Assembly: GCA_902604905.1 (NCBI GenBank)
Contig: CACLAN010000001.1
Location: 75,118 to 139,117 of the forward strand
From: an uncultured Alphaproteobacteria bacterium
Lineage (GTDB): Bacteria > Pseudomonadota > Alphaproteobacteria > HIMB59 > GCA-002718135
Direction of reading: 5' to 3'
DNA: 64,000 nucleotides
Shown here: piece by piece, positions 7,626 through 17,355 of the stretch
Layout: the number at the start of each line of letters is the position of its first letter
Position numbering within the stretch: the first letter of the stretch is position 1
The notes under the pieces: generated by a model
What the model saw: only the letters and a program-made list of their open reading frames with translations
Database searches by the model: none
What the model was told of the DNA's origin: nothing
Translations under genes and position numbers: made by a program

Positions 7626-8912
7626 CTACTCTTCGTCAATTTCTTTACTAAAATCTTCTTGAAGTTTTTTTAATTCTTTCATTGCAGCTTTCATGTCGGA
7701 ACTATCAAATATTTGAATATCCACGTGGTTTCCTTTTTTTGAATATGATTTTTTTGTTTTAATATTAGTTTTATTTTTAAAACTAATTACCTTGTAAGTT
7801 TTAACGGGTCTTACAAAACCTTTAGGGATTATTTCTTCATACTCTTCACAATTTATTTGATTTTTGACTAAATTATATGTCGTATCAGAGATTATAATTT
7901 CATTTTCTGGAGCAATAGATTGTAATCTAGAAGCTAAATTTACAGAAGATCCTATAGCTGTATAATCACTCATTATACTAGATCCAAAATCTCCAACATT
8001 TGCAAAACCAGAAGAAATACCATATCTTACCTTCAATCCATCTTTGACACCTTGTCTAGTCCAAAATGATTGAAGATCATCAACTCGTTCTTTCATTTCT
8101 AATGCCATACTTATACAATTTATAGCATCATTTTCATCACCTAGTGTTTCAGGAGCACCATGAAAGGAAAGAATTGCATCACCTATAAACTTATCAATCG
8201 TAGCATTTGAATTTATTGCAATTAAACTCATTTCACTCAGATAATTATTTAAAATTAGAGCAAGTTTTTCTGCTTCTAATGAATCGGATAAATCAGTGAA
8301 ATTTACGATATCAGAGAAAAATATTGTTAAATTTTTTCTGACATAGCTTTCTTTTGTTTTTTTACCTGACTCTTCTTCATCAAAAATAGATTTATATACT
8401 TGAGGTGAAAGGTATTTTGATAATCTATTAGCAATATTTTCTAATCTTTTAGTTTTTTCTTCAATCAATTCTCTATCTCTTAATTTTTGATCAAGTAATT
8501 CTTCCTTCTCCTTTCGAAGATTATATTCATCTGTTCGGTCCACAAATTGTCCTTGAATACCATTTAAAAAAGGGAAATCTTTGTTTTCAGTATAAGCAGA
8601 AAGTAAAGAATATACTTTAATTTCATCAACAATTTTGATTTCTATTTTTGGAATAATAACAAAACCATTTTTTTCTAAATTTTGTTGAAAATTTTTAATA
8701 TATTCATCTGCAACTCCAAGCTGTTCTAAAATACTTGTGAAAGGAATATTATTTACTGTTTTAAGAATAGGAAAAAATTTTTTAAAATTTTTATTAACTC
8801 TTAGAACCTCTAAATTTCGATTAGCAAAATATGCAGCAGTTACAGCATTTGAAAAATTAAAAAAACTTAAATCTATGACAGTTTTTTCATCGAAAAACTT
8901 ATCAAGTTTCAT
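7626..8912 (-). CDS. Class III adenylate/guanylate cyclase with N-terminal sensor-like domain and coiled coil
   Basis: LTIFFSDIVNFTDLS, IDKFIGDAILSFHG (Lys at the adenine-specifying position, metal Asp) and AIGSSVNLASRLQS. About 190 aa of N-terminal region has no motif I recognise. Confidence 0.85.
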   Translation of the reverse strand: MKLDKFFDEKTVIDLSFFNFSNAVTAAYFANRNLEVLRVNKNFKKFFPILKTVNNIPFTSILEQLGVADEYIKNFQQNLEKNGFVIIPKIEIKIVDEIKVYSLLSAYTENKDFPFLNGIQGQFVDRTDEYNLRKEKEELLDQKLRDRELIEEKTKRLENIANRLSKYLSPQVYKSIFDEEESGKKTKESYVRKNLTIFFSDIVNFTDLSDSLEAEKLALILNNYLSEMSLIAINSNATIDKFIGDAILSFHGAPETLGDENDAINCISMALEMKERVDDLQSFWTRQGVKDGLKVRYGISSGFANVGDFGSSIMSDYTAIGSSVNLASRLQSIAPENEIIISDTTYNLVKNQINCEEYEEIIPKGFVRPVKTYKVISFKNKTNIKTKKSYSKKGNHVDIQIFDSSDMKAAMKELKKLQEDFSKEIDEE

Positions 8913-8923
8913 TTTTTATTTAA

Positions 8924-9442
8924 TTATGGGTGATGTTTAGTAATTCCACTAATATAATCCATTATTGCTATGACTAAGCCTGATAAAATAAATACAGCAT
9001 GAATAAATATCATTAAGTAGATTTCTTCTGATGTTTTCGAACCAACATCAATAAAAGCTTCTAGCAAACCGATACTTGAAATAGCTACTATTGAGGCAAT
9101 AAGTTTTAATTTCAAACCTGAAAAATCGAGTTTACCCATCCATTCTGGCTTATCTTCAGACTGATTTGCAATATCAATTTTTGAAACAAAATTTTCATAT
9201 CCAGCAAATATAACCATTAAAACTAGATTTCCGACAAGAGCCAAATCAACAATATGCAGAACAAATACAAGAAGTTCATTTAATGTTAAGTCACCTAAGT
9301 GTGTGATTTCATAGATGAATAATGCAATTACCTTATAGGTAATAACTAAAAGTGTTAAACATAATGCAATATAAACTGGAGCAAGCGCCCATCTGCTTGA
9401 AAACATTGCTCTTTCAAGAAAACCTTCGATAAAGTTACGCAT
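8924..9442 (-). CDS. yqhA: UPF0114 (YqhA-like) membrane protein
   Basis: 172 aa. MRNFIEGFLERAMFSSRWALAPVYIALCL is the characteristic YqhA/UPF0114 N-terminus as I remember it. Confidence 0.6.
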   Translation of the reverse strand: MRNFIEGFLERAMFSSRWALAPVYIALCLTLLVITYKVIALFIYEITHLGDLTLNELLVFVLHIVDLALVGNLVLMVIFAGYENFVSKIDIANQSEDKPEWMGKLDFSGLKLKLIASIVAISSIGLLEAFIDVGSKTSEEIYLMIFIHAVFILSGLVIAIMDYISGITKHHP

Positions 9443-9486
9443 AAAACATAACTAATTTTTATATAATATTTGTCAATTAAATTTTA

Positions 9487-10407
9487 TTATTTACCCCATT
9501 TATAAGTAAGCAAATCATATTTTTTTGCTAAAATTAGTAGTAAGTTTTTTGTATCTGGATCTAAAGGTTTAATAGGATCTCTGCAAAAATCTGATTTTAT
9601 TACTCCGCCCTCTTTCATTACTGTTTTTGTAGCTCTGAAACCACATTGTCTATTTTCAAAATTTATTAAAGGGAGAATGTTATTATACATTTCTTCAGCT
9701 TTATGTTTTTCATTATTCCAAAAATAATCAATTACCGGAGCAATTTTTTCTGGAAGTAATGCTGAACTCATACTACCAGAAATTCCAGCTTCTAAGTCTG
9801 CATACAAAGTTATACTTTCTTCTCCATCGAAAGGTGCATCCAATCTTTCATTACAATTTTTAATAAGTGCTCTTATTTTTGAAGCAGCTTGAGCACTTTC
9901 AATTTTAAAGCATGTTAAATTTTCAATTTCATTTATCATTTTAGTTAAAAGAGGTATGGTAAGTTCTATACCAGATAAGGGTGCGTCTTGAATCATGATT
10001 GGAATACCTACGTTTGAAATTTCATTAAATTGTTCAAAAATTTGATCTGAATTCCCCTTTAGTAATGCACCATGATAAGGGGGCATCATCATTATAATAT
10101 CTGCACCAAGTGATTTTGCTAATTCTGCTCTAGGACGAACAATATCAGTAGCAAAATGAGAAACTGTAACTATTGTTTTAACTCTTCCATCAATTTTTTT
10201 CATACAAAGTTTCGTTAATTTTTCTCTTTCTTCGTCTGAAATTAAAAATTGCTCAGAATAATTAGCTAGAATGCAGATGCCTTCAACTTTTTGATCAACC
10301 ATACAATCCAAAACTCTTTCCATACCTTCATAATCTACTTCACCATTATCGTGAAAAGGTGTTGGAGCAACAGGCCACATTCCATAATATTTATATTTAG
10401 AACTCAT
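9487..10407 (-). CDS. Dihydrodipicolinate synthase/N-acetylneuraminate lyase family class I aldolase (non-DapA subfamily likely)
   Basis: PVAPTPFHDNGEVDYEGMERVLDCMVDQKVEGICILANYSEQFLISDEEREKL follows the DHDPS-family N-terminal pattern, but with ANYSEQ in place of GTTGE. FKIES is a candidate Schiff-base Lys strand. Confidence 0.75.
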   Translation of the reverse strand: MSSKYKYYGMWPVAPTPFHDNGEVDYEGMERVLDCMVDQKVEGICILANYSEQFLISDEEREKLTKLCMKKIDGRVKTIVTVSHFATDIVRPRAELAKSLGADIIMMMPPYHGALLKGNSDQIFEQFNEISNVGIPIMIQDAPLSGIELTIPLLTKMINEIENLTCFKIESAQAASKIRALIKNCNERLDAPFDGEESITLYADLEAGISGSMSSALLPEKIAPVIDYFWNNEKHKAEEMYNNILPLINFENRQCGFRATKTVMKEGGVIKSDFCRDPIKPLDPDTKNLLLILAKKYDLLTYKWGK

Positions 10408-10425
10408 ATTATTTATTATTAAATA

Positions 10426-11313
10426 TTAATTTCCGTTAATAACAATATTTTTAGTATTTTTAAAATCTTTGTTTCTTTCATTATAAGTTATAAGTAATAC
10501 TGATGAAAATACAACTATTCCGCCAATCCATGTCCATGCATCTGGGGTTTCATTAAAGACAAAAAAGCCAAAAGCTGAACCAAAAATTAATCCACTAAAC
10601 CAGACTGGTTGCGTTACTGATAATTCAGCATATTTATATGACAAAGCTAAAGATAGATGGAGAATTGTTCCTGAGATCGCCCCTATAAAAACAAATATTA
10701 AGGATTGTAATGAGGGCATTTGCCAAAAAAAAATAGCAAGAGGTAAAGCAAAAAATGTCATAAGAGTATATTGATATGTAACCATTGTTATAGGAGAATC
10801 ATCTTTAGAAACAAATTTAGATACGATAATAATTAAGGACCAGAATGTTAATGAAATTAGAATCATAATTGTTCCAATATTAAAATCTACAATCCCAGGC
10901 CTAACAATAATAAGCATTCCTATAAAACCAATTACTAATGCCATAATACGATACATATAAACTTTCTCTCTAAAAATTACAAAACTAAGTAAAACGACAA
11001 TTATTGGACTCAAGAAATGTAAAGCTTTAAATTGCTCAAAAGGAACATATACTAGAGCACCAAATCCAAGTATCATCATTGGAAGGTTAAATAACCCACG
11101 AATAAAATAAAATTTAAAATTTTTTGTTTTATACGGAATAAATTTTTTTTTAATTAAATATGGAAAAATTATTATCAAACCAAAAAAGAATCTTAGAAAA
11201 CCGATTGTATAAACATTAGAATCATATTGCGCACTTCGAATTAATGATTCCATTAAAACTGCAAAAAAAGATCCTGAAATAGTTAATAAAATTGCTTTTA
11301 TATTATTATTCAT
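10426..11313 (-). CDS. EamA/DMT-family transporter (10 TM)
   Basis: 295 aa with two EamA-like halves. Clear paralog of the adjacent ORF (GFLRFFFGLIIIFPYL vs GFLRFFFGLILILPFI). Confidence 0.8.
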   Translation of the reverse strand: MNNNIKAILLTISGSFFAVLMESLIRSAQYDSNVYTIGFLRFFFGLIIIFPYLIKKKFIPYKTKNFKFYFIRGLFNLPMMILGFGALVYVPFEQFKALHFLSPIIVVLLSFVIFREKVYMYRIMALVIGFIGMLIIVRPGIVDFNIGTIMILISLTFWSLIIIVSKFVSKDDSPITMVTYQYTLMTFFALPLAIFFWQMPSLQSLIFVFIGAISGTILHLSLALSYKYAELSVTQPVWFSGLIFGSAFGFFVFNETPDAWTWIGGIVVFSSVLLITYNERNKDFKNTKNIVINGN

Positions 11314-12206
11314 TAGCTATTTAGGTTTAATTGAATTGATTTCTTTGCAATATCTTTTTTAAGATAATTTTCTCTGTAAGTAATAATCAGTATGGAAGAA
11401 AAAATTATTAATCCACCAATTATTGTCCAAATATCAGGAATTTCATCAAAAATTAAAAAACCAAAAAACGATGCTATGAGCAGTCTTGAAAAATTAACAG
11501 GTTGTAAAACAGATAGATCGGTAAGCTTATAAGCTGTATTTATACAAAGATGCACTATAGTGCCAGCAATGCCAGCAAAGATTAGATAAATTATTGTTTG
11601 CGAAGATGGAGTATCCCAAAAATATAACGCTATAGGAAATGATAATAATGTAACAAAAGTGTATTGATAAGATAAAATTGTAAAAGCACTATCTTCTTTC
11701 GAAGCAAATTTAGTTATAATTACTACAACTGACCAAATTAAACAGGCACATAAAACCATATATGCCCCTACATTAATGCTAACAAATCCAGGTCTTAAGA
11801 TTACAAAAACTCCAATCAACCCAATAAATAAAGCGCTAATACGTATTAAATAAATTTTCTCTTTTAAAAAAATTACACTCAATATTACTACAATTATTGG
11901 AGTAACAAATGAAATAGCTTTAATTTGTTCCAGAGGTATAAATTGCAACGCAGAAAAACTGAGAAGCATCATTGGAATATTTAAAACACCTCTTGTTAAA
12001 TGAATTTTAAAATTTGGTGTCTTATAATTTTGAAATTTACTATATAAAATAAAAGGTAGTATTAAAATTAATCCAAAAAAAAATCTTAAAAATCCAGAAG
12101 TAAATACATTAATATCTTCCAAAGAAATTTTTAAAAAAACATTCATTACTACACCAGAAAAAGAAGCAATAAGTGCTAAGACGATAGCCTTAACATCATC
12201 TGTCAT
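11313..12206 (-). CDS. EamA/DMT-family transporter (10 TM), tandem paralog
   Basis: 297 aa, collinear similarity to 10426-11313. Its stop overlaps the downstream start by 1 nt. Confidence 0.8.
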   Translation of the reverse strand: MTDDVKAIVLALIASFSGVVMNVFLKISLEDINVFTSGFLRFFFGLILILPFILYSKFQNYKTPNFKIHLTRGVLNIPMMLLSFSALQFIPLEQIKAISFVTPIIVVILSVIFLKEKIYLIRISALFIGLIGVFVILRPGFVSINVGAYMVLCACLIWSVVVIITKFASKEDSAFTILSYQYTFVTLLSFPIALYFWDTPSSQTIIYLIFAGIAGTIVHLCINTAYKLTDLSVLQPVNFSRLLIASFFGFLIFDEIPDIWTIIGGLIIFSSILIITYRENYLKKDIAKKSIQLNLNS

Positions 12207-12209
12207 AGC

Positions 12210-13319
12210 TTATACAAATGGAATATCACAAATTTCTCCGACATATTTCTTTGAATCAATCAATATGTCGAAGTAACCTTTATTATTAAAGTATGGTTTA
12301 TTTATCATTGCTATACCAATAACTTTATTAAATGTTGGTGAAAAAACTGCAGATCTTATTTCACCAATAATTTTATCATCTATAGTTAAATGAATAGCTG
12401 ATCTTAAGTTTATTTTGTCTAGATTAATTTTAACACCCATTAATTTTTTTTCAATTCCATTGTTTTTGATTTTAATTAATTTTTCTTTTCCAAGAAATTC
12501 TATATCATTATCTAAATTAACAAATTTTTCTAATCTACATTCGAATGGATTATCATTTATATCAATATCATTTCCGTATGATAGCAAAGCACCTTCAATT
12601 CTTTCTATTTGATGGGGGCATCCTGGTTTGACATTAAACTCCTTTCCTTCTTCAAATAATAAATCGTATAATTCTAATCCTGATTTAGTATCCTCTACAT
12701 AAATCTCCACACCGCCTTGCTTTGACCAGCCTGATCTAGCAACTAAATGTTTAGAATTTTTAAAATTAAAATATTTAAAATTATAAAATTTTAAATCTAA
12801 AATCTGTTTACCAAATATTTTTTCCAATAAATTGAAAGACTTAGGGCCTTGAACAGCCATAATATTTACATCAGGTTCAGAAATTGAAACTTCTAATTTT
12901 TTTCCTATTGCTAGACCTTTAGCAAATAACATAACATCAGAATCAGCAATTGAAATCCACCATTTTTCATTACTAAACTTTAGTACAACTGGATCATTAA
13001 TCATTCCCCCATTTTCATCAATTATTGGACAGTAATAACATTTACCCTCCTTAGCCTTACTTAAATCTCTGCATGTCATTAATTGAACTAACTGATAAGA
13101 ATCCTTGCCACTAATTTCTATTTGCCTCTCAGCTGCAACATCCCATACCTGAACGAAGTTTTTTAAATGATGATATGTTTCTTCAAGGCTTCCATCAAAA
13201 CCTGCTGGAAGAAGCATATGATTGTATATTGTATAAGAAGTTACACCCTGGTTTTCAATTCTGGAAGAATAAATGGTACTTCTTAATCTTCTTGATTTAG
13301 CAACAAATTGATTGGACAT
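12210..13319 (-). CDS. GcvT-family aminomethyltransferase, DmdA-like (candidate DMSP or other methyl-onium demethylase)
   Basis: 369 aa. [33 protein letters not shown]...[23 protein letters not shown]...[14 protein letters not shown]. The N-terminal YNHMLLP-type pattern and the length match what I recall for DmdA rather than canonical GcvT, which is present separately at 47399-48523. Confidence 0.7.
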   Translation of the reverse strand: MSNQFVAKSRRLRSTIYSSRIENQGVTSYTIYNHMLLPAGFDGSLEETYHHLKNFVQVWDVAAERQIEISGKDSYQLVQLMTCRDLSKAKEGKCYYCPIIDENGGMINDPVVLKFSNEKWWISIADSDVMLFAKGLAIGKKLEVSISEPDVNIMAVQGPKSFNLLEKIFGKQILDLKFYNFKYFNFKNSKHLVARSGWSKQGGVEIYVEDTKSGLELYDLLFEEGKEFNVKPGCPHQIERIEGALLSYGNDIDINDNPFECRLEKFVNLDNDIEFLGKEKLIKIKNNGIEKKLMGVKINLDKINLRSAIHLTIDDKIIGEIRSAVFSPTFNKVIGIAMINKPYFNNKGYFDILIDSKKYVGEICDIPFV

Positions 13320-13387
13320 CGAAAACTCGTATAAATATTTGTATCAAATTAGTCTACATCTAAATAAATTAAATTTGATTCAATGAA

Positions 13388-13558
13388 TCAAAGAAAATAA
13401 TTGTAGGCAAAGTAAAAAGATAAAACAACCAATACAATAGCTACCCAAATAGATAAGTTAGTAAAAAAAGTTTTTAAATTACTATTTGAGCTTAAGAAAG
13501 AAGGTAAAACCAATAAAAGTACTCCAATCATATAAATTATTGGAACTAGCTTATCCAT
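13388..13558 (-). CDS. Possible 56-aa two-TM membrane peptide (below the ORF-track length cut-off)
   Basis: My translation: MDKLVPIIYMIGVLLLVLPSFLSSNSNLKTFFTNLSIWVAIVLVVLSFYFAYNYFL. The ATG lies 3 nt downstream of the stop of the preceding minus-strand gene (13562). Two hydrophobic helices. No homology evidence. Confidence 0.3.
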   Translation of the reverse strand: MDKLVPIIYMIGVLLLVLPSFLSSNSNLKTFFTNLSIWVAIVLVVLSFYFAYNYFL

Positions 13559-13561
13559 TTA

Positions 13562-14422
13562 TTAATATTTTTCTTTATCAATTAATTCACTAACAAGTAA
13601 ATTACCGTATCCTTTTTCTGAAGCTTGTTTGTAAAATGATTTTGCTATTTTTGAAAGTTTATTTGCATTTGGTAAATCTGAAACAAGATCATTTATATAA
13701 TTTAAATCCTTATATGTATTATCTACAGAAAAAACATATCCTTTGTAATTGCCTTTTATAGCTTTGTCTGCAATTCTATCTAAAGCTCCTGAATTTCCAG
13801 AACCCAATCTAGCTACATCACAAAGAAGTTTTATATTGATATCTAGTTTTTTAGCAGATTTGAAAAATTCAATTACCGAAGTAGTAGTCATTAATGATAA
13901 AAAATTAGACAATAGTTTAGCCGAAGATGCTTTTGACACATCACCAAAATTAAAAACAGACTTACAAAAAGAATTAAGAAATTTTTTACATTTTAAAAAA
14001 TTACTTTTTTTACCTCCATAAATCCCACCTAATATACCCTGCTCACTTTGAACTGGACCTCCCATTACTCCACAAAAATTATAACTTATTTTTTTTGATT
14101 TAAAAATTTTATCCATTTTAAAAGCACCATTTTTGTTATGCGTTGTTAAATCGATTACAAGTGTTTTACTATCAAGTTCTTGTTTAATTTTTTTTGCAAC
14201 ATTTAATGCTACTGGTGTATTTGTTACACATATCATTAAACAATCAAGTTTTTGTTTTTTGATTTCATTATATGATTTTAATTCTATAGCCCCAATCATT
14301 TTTAATTTGTTTATAGGTTTTCTATTTTTATGAGCAAAAATAAATACATTATGTTTTTTTAATAAATTTTTAGCCATTCCATAGCCCATATAGCCAACAC
14401 CTATAAAACCTATATTGCTCAT
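13562..14422 (-). CDS. NAD(P)-dependent beta-hydroxyacid dehydrogenase (3-hydroxyisobutyrate dehydrogenase family)
   Basis: N-terminal Rossmann motif MSNIGFIGVGYMGYGMAKNL. Length 286 aa, typical of HIBADH/6PGDH-NAD-binding proteins. Confidence 0.8.
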   Translation of the reverse strand: MSNIGFIGVGYMGYGMAKNLLKKHNVFIFAHKNRKPINKLKMIGAIELKSYNEIKKQKLDCLMICVTNTPVALNVAKKIKQELDSKTLVIDLTTHNKNGAFKMDKIFKSKKISYNFCGVMGGPVQSEQGILGGIYGGKKSNFLKCKKFLNSFCKSVFNFGDVSKASSAKLLSNFLSLMTTTSVIEFFKSAKKLDINIKLLCDVARLGSGNSGALDRIADKAIKGNYKGYVFSVDNTYKDLNYINDLVSDLPNANKLSKIAKSFYKQASEKGYGNLLVSELIDKEKY

Positions 14423-14471
14423 AATAATAACTATAGTGAAAATTTTATTATTTAAAAGTGAATTATTAAAT

Positions 14472-15632
14472 TTAATTATTTCTTGATGAAATAAAAGAAA
14501 CTACTAAAACAATAATTAGTAGAGGAACACATAAAAGATTTATAACTGTCCAATTTGAAAAATATAAAAGAAAACCAGCTGATAATGATCCTATGCCTTG
14601 AGTAGAAAAAACGATAAAATCATTTAGACCTTGTGCTGTAAATTTATCCTTTTCTTCATAAGAAACAACTAACAAACTCGAGCCTGAAACAAATAAAAAA
14701 TTCCAGCCAATACCAAGTAGTATTAAACCTAGCATATAAGAATAATAGAAATCAAAGAATGTATTAGTTAGTATACTTAACAACAAAATAATTACTCCTG
14801 CATATATAATATTTGTATTTCCAAACCTTTTAATTAAATCTCCAGAAAATAAAGAGGGTAAAAACATACCAATGACGTGAAGTTGAATTACGATACTTGT
14901 TTCAAACAAAGTAAATTTATTAACAAGATGCATATGTAAAGGGGTAGCAGTCATGATTATAGCCATTGTAAAATAACCAAGACCAGCGCTTACGATTGAT
15001 TGTATAATTTTAATATTTTTTAAAAGTTTGAAAATAGTTTCAATTTCAAATTTACTTTGATTAATAGTATTTTTTGTTTCCTCATAAAAAAGCAGAACAA
15101 AAAAAGGAATGATTGCTGTAAAAGATAAGAAAATATAACTACCAAGAAATAAATAACTTGGAAAAAAATCTTTAAAATATTCTGCAAAATTAGATGAAAG
15201 TAATGCAGAAACTATACCTAATAATAATATAATTGAGATAGATCTTGGAATAAATTCTTTTTTGACTGATTCAGACGCAGCAAATCGATACTGATGAATA
15301 AAAGCTTGTGAGCTGCCTATTAAAAAATTACCTAATGCAAAAATAAAAAAATTTTCCAAATAAATTGCAATTGAACAAATAATTAAAGCTAAACAACTTA
15401 AAAGAGATGAAAATAAAAATCCTTTCTGCCTACCCCAGATGCTCATAAACCTAGATGCAATAGGCGCACTTATTGCTATACCTATAATCATTAATGTCAT
15501 TGGAACTGTTGCTAAAGAATCTTTTAACATTATTTGGGATGCAATTATTCCACCTAATAAAACTACAGCCATAGGTGGGAAAGCCGCAATTGTAGAAGAA
15601 ATACAAATAATAATAAAATTTTTATTAATCAT
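14472..15632 (-). CDS. MFS transporter (12 TM)
   Basis: 386 aa, 12 hydrophobic segments, typical MFS loop SRFMSIWGRQKG between TM2 and TM3. Confidence 0.75.
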   Translation of the reverse strand: MINKNFIIICISSTIAAFPPMAVVLLGGIIASQIMLKDSLATVPMTLMIIGIAISAPIASRFMSIWGRQKGFLFSSLLSCLALIICSIAIYLENFFIFALGNFLIGSSQAFIHQYRFAASESVKKEFIPRSISIILLLGIVSALLSSNFAEYFKDFFPSYLFLGSYIFLSFTAIIPFFVLLFYEETKNTINQSKFEIETIFKLLKNIKIIQSIVSAGLGYFTMAIIMTATPLHMHLVNKFTLFETSIVIQLHVIGMFLPSLFSGDLIKRFGNTNIIYAGVIILLLSILTNTFFDFYYSYMLGLILLGIGWNFLFVSGSSLLVVSYEEKDKFTAQGLNDFIVFSTQGIGSLSAGFLLYFSNWTVINLLCVPLLIIVLVVSFISSRNN

Positions 15633-15750
15633 TATAAAAGATAATTTCTAATTGGTTATATTAATTTGATCACATGTCACTCTTTGATTTCCAATAAAAG
15701 TTAATAAAATTATTGAGTAGACAATATTTGCTATTAAGATAAAAATAATT

Positions 15751-16641
15751 ATGGTTTCAAGTCATGATTTTGTAGATGATAAAAGAAATAAAAATATTAA
15801 AATTTATATCAACGGAAAATTTTATAAAAGAAAAGATGCCAAAATATCAGTCTTTGATTCATCTACAATGCTTGGAGATGGTATCTGGGATTCGTTAAGA
15901 TATCATAATAATAATTTCATTTTTCTAAAAGAACATCTAGATAGGTTATATAAAGATGCAAAACTTATCGACTTAAAAATACATTTTACCCGTAAAAAAC
16001 TTTCAGAAGCACTAATAAAGACTATCAAAATAAATAAAATGAAAACAGATGTTCATTTAAGAATAATTGTTTCTAGGGGTATTAAATCAACACCCTATCA
16101 ATCACCTAAAGTTACAATATCCAAACCAACCATAATCATAATACCTGAATATAAAAAACCAGATATTAAAGCTTACAAAAAAGGATTAAAATTGGTTACA
16201 GTAAAAACTATTAGAGGGCCAATCAATGTTCAAAATCCACAAATAAATTCACTAAGTAAATTAAATTGTATACTAGCATGTATTGAAGCTAATAAAAAGA
16301 ATGCTGATGAAGCACTTATGTTTGATATTAATGGAAATATTGCTACAAATAATAGTACGCATTTCTTCTTCGTAAAAAATAAGACAGTCTTTACCTCAAC
16401 AGGAAAATATTGCGTTACAGGAATTACGAGACAGAAAATTATAGATATATGTAAAAAAAATAAAATAAAAGTAAAAGAAAAAAATTTTAAATTAAACGAA
16501 GTATTAAATGCAGATGAAGCATTTTGTACAGGATCTTTCGCAGGAATTGTACCGGTAAATCAAATAAATAAAAAAAAATACTCATTAAAGAAAAATCCTA
16601 TTACTAAAGAATTAACTAATTTTTATAATAATTTATTTTAA
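15751..16641 (+). CDS. Class IV (fold type IV) PLP aminotransferase / branched-chain or D-amino-acid aminotransferase-like
   Basis: ISVFDSSTMLGDGIWDSLRYHNN, LRIIVSRG and FCTGSFAGIVPV are typical IlvE/PabC-family blocks. Confidence 0.75.
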   Translation: MVSSHDFVDDKRNKNIKIYINGKFYKRKDAKISVFDSSTMLGDGIWDSLRYHNNNFIFLKEHLDRLYKDAKLIDLKIHFTRKKLSEALIKTIKINKMKTDVHLRIIVSRGIKSTPYQSPKVTISKPTIIIIPEYKKPDIKAYKKGLKLVTVKTIRGPINVQNPQINSLSKLNCILACIEANKKNADEALMFDINGNIATNNSTHFFFVKNKTVFTSTGKYCVTGITRQKIIDICKKNKIKVKEKNFKLNEVLNADEAFCTGSFAGIVPVNQINKKKYSLKKNPITKELTNFYNNLF

Positions 16642-17355
16642 ATGATTAATTTATTCGTTTGGTCTGGACCAAGAAATATTAGTACTGCATTGATGCGATC
16701 TTTTGAAAATAGAAAAGACACAAAAGTTTATGATGAACCTTTTTATGCATATTATTTAAGAAAAACTAACTTAAATCATCCAATGAAAGATGAAATTATA
16801 GATCACTATCATACAAATGAAGATGAAATTATTAATTTAATCACTAAAGAAGATAATAAGTATAAAATATTTTATCAAAAACATATGACTCATCATATTT
16901 TAGATGAAACACGCTTAGATTGGATTAACAAAGGTATAAATTGCTTTTTAATCCGTGATCCGGCTAAAGTAATTGTTTCATATTTAAAAAAAAATACTTT
17001 AAAATCAATTCAAGATGTAGGTTTTAAAAAACTTTATGAAATTTTTAAATTATTAAATTCAAAGGAGCCTATAGTAATAAACTCTGATTATTTATTAGCA
17101 AGTCCTGAAAAGTATTTAAAAATTTTGTGTCAAAAATTAAATTTAGATTTTGATCAAAGTATGCTTGATTGGCCAAAAGGCTATAGAGATACAGATGGTA
17201 TTTGGTCTAAAGTTTGGTATCAAGATGTAATCTCCTCTACTACTTTTAACACCATAAATTCTAAAGAATATATTGTACCAAAAACTTATGAAAATATTTA
17301 TAAAGAATGTTTAGACATATATGAAGAAATTAATAAGTACGCAATTAAAGTATGA
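16642..17355 (+). CDS. Sulfotransferase-like P-loop protein (tentative)
   Basis: N-terminal VWSGPRNISTALMRS resembles the 5'-PSB loop of Stf0-type sulfotransferases. The start abuts the upstream stop (16641/16642). Weak call. Confidence 0.35.
   Translation: MINLFVWSGPRNISTALMRSFENRKDTKVYDEPFYAYYLRKTNLNHPMKDEIIDHYHTNEDEIINLITKEDNKYKIFYQKHMTHHILDETRLDWINKGINCFLIRDPAKVIVSYLKKNTLKSIQDVGFKKLYEIFKLLNSKEPIVINSDYLLASPEKYLKILCQKLNLDFDQSMLDWPKGYRDTDGIWSKVWYQDVISSTTFNTINSKEYIVPKTYENIYKECLDIYEEINKYAIKV

Noticed and set aside
5945-8912. Considered that the cyclase plus the TM/cNMP-binding protein could be a Pycsar-type anti-phage system (pyrimidine cyclase plus a cNMP-activated membrane effector).
   Set aside because: The two genes are convergent, not co-transcribed. 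The effector candidate is a full MscS-family channel, a housekeeping-type bCNG architecture, rather than a short 2-4 TM effector. The adjacent cyclase carries the adenine-type Lys. The idea is kept only as a remote alternative to be excluded by product analysis.
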